Assembly: GCA_038058635.1 (NCBI GenBank)
Contig: JBBUAP010000001.1
Coordinates: 94,157 to 158,156 of the forward strand
Direction of reading: 5' to 3'
Source of the DNA: Patescibacteria group bacterium
GTDB taxonomy: Bacteria; Patescibacteriota; UBA1384; 2-12-FULL-50-11
Length of the DNA stretch: 64,000 bases
Shown: one piece after another, positions 59,851 through 64,000 of the stretch
How positions within the stretch are numbered: the first letter of the stretch is position 1
How the letters are laid out: the number at the start of each line of letters is the position of its first letter
The notes under the pieces: model-generated
The model's input: only the letters and a program-made list of their open reading frames with translations
Database searches by the model: none
What the model was told of the DNA's origin: nothing
Made by a program: the position numbers and the translations under genes

Positions 59851-61890
59851 ATGGCAATATTTGGCCGGAAGCGACGGTATAGTAGTAGGCGACGCAAACG
59901 GGTACCAACGCTCAAAGATAATTTGGTTTGGGCGGTTGAGCCCGATACTGCCAGAGAGATTGCGGCGATTCTGCTGATACTTTTTGGCCTACTCTTTGGT
60001 TTGGGCTTATTTCGTTTAGCCGGTGATTTCGGCGAAACCTTTTTAGGGCTGTCTGATCGCCTCTTCGGCATACTCAAATATGTCGCCCCGTTTGTCTTAA
60101 TCTATATCGGCATCCGCCTGATGATGATGAAGTCTGATGTTCTTCGGGCAACTAGCATCGTTGGTGTCGTCCTCCTCTTTATACTGATTCCGGCGATGTT
60201 CGGCGCTAGCGGCGGCTCGATCGGCGAAGGAGTGATGGGGGTTTATCGCTCGATTTTAAGCAATGTCGGCGGGTTTATTGCCTTAATGGTCTCGATTCTA
60301 GTAGCTTTCATGCTGGCCTTTAGTATCTCGTTTGGCCAAATATGGGAAAAACTCAACCTAAGTAGCGCCAAACAAATCGGTGTTAAAATCAACCAAGCTC
60401 GGGTACCGGTCAAAACGATGCAGTCGGATCCCAACATGCCCGGCGTGCCGCTGGTGGCCGCCAATGGCGACTGGCAGTTCCCATCATTAGACCTGCTGGA
60501 ATATTCGGCGGCAACTAAAGCCGAGTCGGGTGACATCGGCAAGAATGTTGAAATCATCAAGAAAACTCTCAAGGATTTTGGTGTGGAGGTGGCAATGAGC
60601 GAGGTCAATATCGGCCCAACGCTGACCCAATACACCCTCAAGCCCTCAGAAGGCGTTAAACTAACCAACATCATCGCTCGTAATAGCGACATCGCCCTGG
60701 CTCTGGCCGCTCATCCAGTTCGAATCGAAGCGCCGATTCCTGGCAAGTCGCTGGTTGGTATCGAAGTACCAAACAAAGTAGCGGCGCTGGTCAGCTTACG
60801 GGAAGTGTTGGAGTCGCCCGGCTATAAAGAAGTTGATTCCAGTCTGGCCTTGGCGCTCGGTCGAGATGTCGCTGGTCATGTGGTCGTGGCGGACTTGAAA
60901 AAGATGCCCCACCTACTGATTGCTGGAGCGACCGGCTCAGGTAAATCCGTTTGTATGAATTCGGTTCTAATCAACTTGCTCTACCGCAACACCCCCCAAG
61001 ATCTGCGTCTACTCTTAATTGACCCGAAACGGGTTGAGTTCACCGAGTACAACGGTATTCCTCATCTGCTGACCTCAGTCATCACCGAAACCGACAAAAC
61101 TATTTCGGCTTTGCGTTGGGCGGTGGCGGAGATGGAGCGCCGATACCAATCGCTGGCGTCGCATAACCGTCGCAATATTGAAGCCTTCAACGACGCCATT
61201 CCCGCCGGCGAAACCAAAATACCTTACATCATTGTCGTCGTTGACGAATTAGCCGACCTGATGACCCAAGCCAGTAACGAAGTCGAGGCCTCAATTGTTC
61301 GTCTAGCCCAAATGGCGCGGGCGGTTGGCATTCACTTAATTGTCGCCACTCAACGCCCGTCGGTTGATGTTATCACTGGTTTGATTAAAGCCAATATTAC
61401 CAGTCGGGTGGCCTTTGCCGTCGCTTCGAACGCCGACTCCCGTACTATTTTAGACCAAGCCGGCGCCGATAAACTTCTGGGTCGTGGCGATATGCTATTC
61501 GTCAGCTCGGATCGGCCCCAACCGCGCCGAATTCAGGGCGTTTTCTTAAAGGATAAAGAGATTAAAACCGTCACCGATTTCTTGAAAGGACAAGCCCCAG
61601 CCGTTTACGACGAATCAATTACGACCTACCGACCGTCAATTAATGCGGGAGCACCAGGCGGCGGTGGCGCTCACGACGGCAGTGAGGACGATTTATATAA
61701 TGAAGCCCGTGAGCTGGCGATTCAGGCCGGCAAAGCCTCGGCCAGTTTGATGCAACGACGGCTGAAAGTCGGCTACGCCCGAGCCGCTCGCTTGCTTGAC
61801 TTACTCGAAGCCGAAGGCGTGATCGGTCCGGCCGACGGCGCCAAACCACGAGATGTCCTAGTTTCACCTGATGACTACTTAGGGCCATAG
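59851..61890 (+). CDS. ftsK: DNA translocase FtsK/SpoIIIE
   Basis: N-terminal TM helices, Walker A GATGSGKS, Walker B VVVDELADLM, and a C-terminal gamma winged helix (LMQRRLKVGYARAARLLDLLE). Confidence 0.9.
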   Translation: MAIFGRKRRYSSRRRKRVPTLKDNLVWAVEPDTAREIAAILLILFGLLFGLGLFRLAGDFGETFLGLSDRLFGILKYVAPFVLIYIGIRLMMMKSDVLRATSIVGVVLLFILIPAMFGASGGSIGEGVMGVYRSILSNVGGFIALMVSILVAFMLAFSISFGQIWEKLNLSSAKQIGVKINQARVPVKTMQSDPNMPGVPLVAANGDWQFPSLDLLEYSAATKAESGDIGKNVEIIKKTLKDFGVEVAMSEVNIGPTLTQYTLKPSEGVKLTNIIARNSDIALALAAHPVRIEAPIPGKSLVGIEVPNKVAALVSLREVLESPGYKEVDSSLALALGRDVAGHVVVADLKKMPHLLIAGATGSGKSVCMNSVLINLLYRNTPQDLRLLLIDPKRVEFTEYNGIPHLLTSVITETDKTISALRWAVAEMERRYQSLASHNRRNIEAFNDAIPAGETKIPYIIVVVDELADLMTQASNEVEASIVRLAQMARAVGIHLIVATQRPSVDVITGLIKANITSRVAFAVASNADSRTILDQAGADKLLGRGDMLFVSSDRPQPRRIQGVFLKDKEIKTVTDFLKGQAPAVYDESITTYRPSINAGAPGGGGAHDGSEDDLYNEARELAIQAGKASASLMQRRLKVGYARAARLLDLLEAEGVIGPADGAKPRDVLVSPDDYLGP

Positions 61891-61912
61891 AGCAGTTTTC
61901 AGTTTTCAAAAA

Positions 61913-62218
61913 ATGAAGGAATACAATAAGCTCGTTCGGGACAGGATACCGGAGATCATTGCTGCGAAAGGCGGGGAGTCGGAAACGCACATCGCTACCG
62001 ATGAGGAGTATCGCCAAAAAGCGATCGAGAAACTTCAGGAGGAGCTGGCCGAATTTCTAGAATCGAAAGATCCAGAGGAGCTGGCCGACTTACTTGAAAT
62101 TACCTACGCCGTCGCCGAGTCGTTAGGCGTGAGCAAAGACGAGCTCGAAGCGATGAGGTTGAAAAAAGCCAACGAACGAGGTGGTTTTGCCAAACGGGTC
62201 ATCTTGGAGCGTAGCTGA
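61913..62218 (+). CDS. MazG-like / phosphoribosyl-ATP pyrophosphohydrolase-like nucleotide pyrophosphohydrolase
   Basis: YNKLVRDRIPEII...EELADLLEITYAVAES...RGGF is typical of the ~100-aa house-cleaning NTP-PPase family. Confidence 0.7.
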   Translation: MKEYNKLVRDRIPEIIAAKGGESETHIATDEEYRQKAIEKLQEELAEFLESKDPEELADLLEITYAVAESLGVSKDELEAMRLKKANERGGFAKRVILERS

Positions 62219-62346
62219 AAGACGAGCGTCAGCGACATTCTAGAACGAAGCTGACACATTAGCTCCCCACTAGTAGCGATGCGGCGCAACCGTCAAATCA
62301 TCCTGGCATTGATTTATGTCAAAAAAGACTTTACGGTGAATATTAC

Positions 62347-63057
62347 ATGAACGGTTTTGTCACCAAGAAAATTGGCAAGAACCGGACTCTTGGCAGTGCT
62401 CTGAAAACGGCTCGCTCGAAAGCGGAAATAACGCTCGAGCAAGCCGAAGCCGCCACCAAGATCCCCCAGAAATATTTGGATGCGCTCGAAACCGGTCAGT
62501 ATAATCGACTGCCAGCGGAAGCTTATAATCTGGGCTATGTCCGTTGTTACGCCGAGTACCTGAAACTTGATCCCGACAAAATTATCAGTAGCTACAAAGA
62601 GGAGCGGGCAGCCAAACGGCATCAGAATGATACTTCGACCCTCTTCAGTCCCAAAAAAGCCGGCGACTGGCAGTTTTTAATTACCCCAAAGCTATTGGGA
62701 ATCTTTGGCTTGGCCCTGCTTTTTGGCGGGATCGGCATGTATATCGCTAACGAACTGAATAAATTCACGGCTACCCCGATGCTCGAAATCACCTCTGTTC
62801 CGGCGGAATTCACCAGCGACAAAGATCAGATTACCCTTGAAGGCAAGACTAACAGTGGCGCCGTTTTAACCATCAACACCGAGCCAGTTTTCGTCAGCGC
62901 TGACGGGCGTTTCAGCCAGTCGGTCCAACTTAATTCGGGAGTAAACGAGATTGCTTTGCAGGCCAAAAACCGCGCCGAAAAAGTTGCTCTCAAGACTGTC
63001 AAGGTTCTCTTTAATCCAAACCTTGCCAAAATCACCTCACCTGCTACAAAAGAGTAA
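62347..63057 (+). CDS. rodZ: RodZ-like cytoskeleton protein (HTH-XRE, then TM, then a C-terminal domain)
   Basis: Cro/C1-type HTH ([30 protein letters not shown]), a single TM and a C-terminal DUF4115-like domain. Confidence 0.6.
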   Translation: MNGFVTKKIGKNRTLGSALKTARSKAEITLEQAEAATKIPQKYLDALETGQYNRLPAEAYNLGYVRCYAEYLKLDPDKIISSYKEERAAKRHQNDTSTLFSPKKAGDWQFLITPKLLGIFGLALLFGGIGMYIANELNKFTATPMLEITSVPAEFTSDKDQITLEGKTNSGAVLTINTEPVFVSADGRFSQSVQLNSGVNEIALQAKNRAEKVALKTVKVLFNPNLAKITSPATKE

Positions 63058-64000
63058 TGGCTAAGGAAAAAAAAGTTGAATCTTCCGGTCGGGATGAGGC
63101 GTTGAAGGCGGCGCTCGGTCAGATCGAAAAACAATTCGGTGCCGGATCGATTATGATGATGGGTCAACAGACTCACCTCAATGTTGAATCAATTTCCAGC
63201 GGTTCTTTAGCGCTTGATGTGGCTTTAGGTGTTGGTGGTTTACCGCGTGGCCGAATCATTGAGATCTTTGGGCCAGAATCATCGGGTAAAACCTCTTTGG
63301 CTTTGTCAGCCATCGGCGCGGCTCAAAAACTCGGAGGTCTTGGCGCACTGGTTGACGCTGAACACGCTTTTGATCCATCTTACGCCACTAAACTTGGCGT
63401 TGATTTAGACCACTTACTAATTTCCCAGCCGGATACCGGCGAACAAGCGCTGGAGATTGTTGAAACCCTGGTGCGCTCCAACGCTGTTGATGTCATTGTT
63501 GTCGACTCAGTGGCTGCTTTAGTGCCACGTGCCGAGATCGAAGGCGAGATGGGCGACTCAATGATGGGTGTTCAAGCTCGCTTGATGAGCCAGGCCCTGC
63601 GAAAGCTGACGGGCGCAGTCTCCAAGTCAAAAACGGTCTTAATTTTCATCAACCAAATCCGGATGAAGATCGGCATCATGTTCGGCAACCCCGAAACCAC
63701 CCCCGGCGGTAATGCTTTAAAATTCTACTGTTCGATCCGTTTAGATATTCGCCGGAGCGAGCAGATTAAAGATGGCGATGTGCCTATCGGCAATCGCTGT
63801 CGGGTCAAGGTCGTTAAAAATAAGGTCGCTCCACCGTTCAGAATCGCCGAGTTTGACTTAATGTTTGATTCGGGTATATCTAAAGAAGGCGACCTGTTAG
63901 AGCTCGGTGTTAAGTCTGGTTTGGTTGATAAAATGGGTGCCTGGTTTCAATACGGTGAGCAAAAGCTTGGGCAGGGGCGGGAGGCTGCCAAAGCTTTTCT
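63057..64000 (+). CDS. recA: Recombinase RecA. The 3' end runs off the window.
   Basis: [12 protein letters not shown] Walker A and extensive RecA identity. Confidence 0.95.
   Translation, partial: MAKEKKVESSGRDEALKAALGQIEKQFGAGSIMMMGQQTHLNVESISSGSLALDVALGVGGLPRGRIIEIFGPESSGKTSLALSAIGAAQKLGGLGALVDAEHAFDPSYATKLGVDLDHLLISQPDTGEQALEIVETLVRSNAVDVIVVDSVAALVPRAEIEGEMGDSMMGVQARLMSQALRKLTGAVSKSKTVLIFINQIRMKIGIMFGNPETTPGGNALKFYCSIRLDIRRSEQIKDGDVPIGNRCRVKVVKNKVAPPFRIAEFDLMFDSGISKEGDLLELGVKSGLVDKMGAWFQYGEQKLGQGREAAKAF

Overview
This 64-kb window looks like a chromosomal origin-of-replication neighbourhood. Gene content and style suggest a small-genome, roughly 50% GC bacterium, probably Patescibacteria/CPR-like; that placement is inference, not measured. 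The origin context is clear: rpmH-rnpA-yidD-yidC on the minus strand is divergent from dnaA-dnaN-recF on the plus strand, and a dense DnaA-box cluster sits between dnaA and dnaN. Upstream lie rfbABCD for dTDP-rhamnose synthesis, two tRNA-Ser genes flanking a secreted-protein gene, and a PilB/GspE-family ATPase next to four tandem VirB2/TrbC-like two-TM pilin paralogs. Further on are an orphan solute-binding protein, hsp20, comFC and a tRNA-Arg/tRNA-Ser cluster littered with tRNA-fragment repeats. Immediately downstream of recF, about 15.6 kb is filled by one same-strand block that looks like a reduced type IV secretion-like apparatus. It contains a VirB4 ATPase, a VirB3-like small membrane protein, a VirB6-like giant multi-TM protein (1398 aa), a second giant secreted protein (1513 aa), an NlpC/P60-CHAP-like cell-wall hydrolase and an HExxH protein. 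No VirD4, relaxase or VirB11 is seen in the window. The rest is housekeeping: valS, tsaD, femAB-family, murE-like, polA, holA, DUF2207, lepB, rpsT, nrnA, rpsO, pnp, DUF1653, truD, a family-4 UDG, rnj, ftsK, a MazG-like NTP pyrophosphohydrolase, rodZ and recA (partial). Non-coding signals worth attention are a roughly 140-nt multi-hairpin element with interleaved inverted repeats between pilin paralogs, tandem repeats of tRNA 5'-ends next to tRNA genes, two perfect palindromes in the divergent promoter region of the VirB6-like gene, a MITE-like inverted repeat after recF, and one GC-rich gene that may be horizontally acquired and carries its own terminator. No CRISPR array, transposase or integrase was seen.
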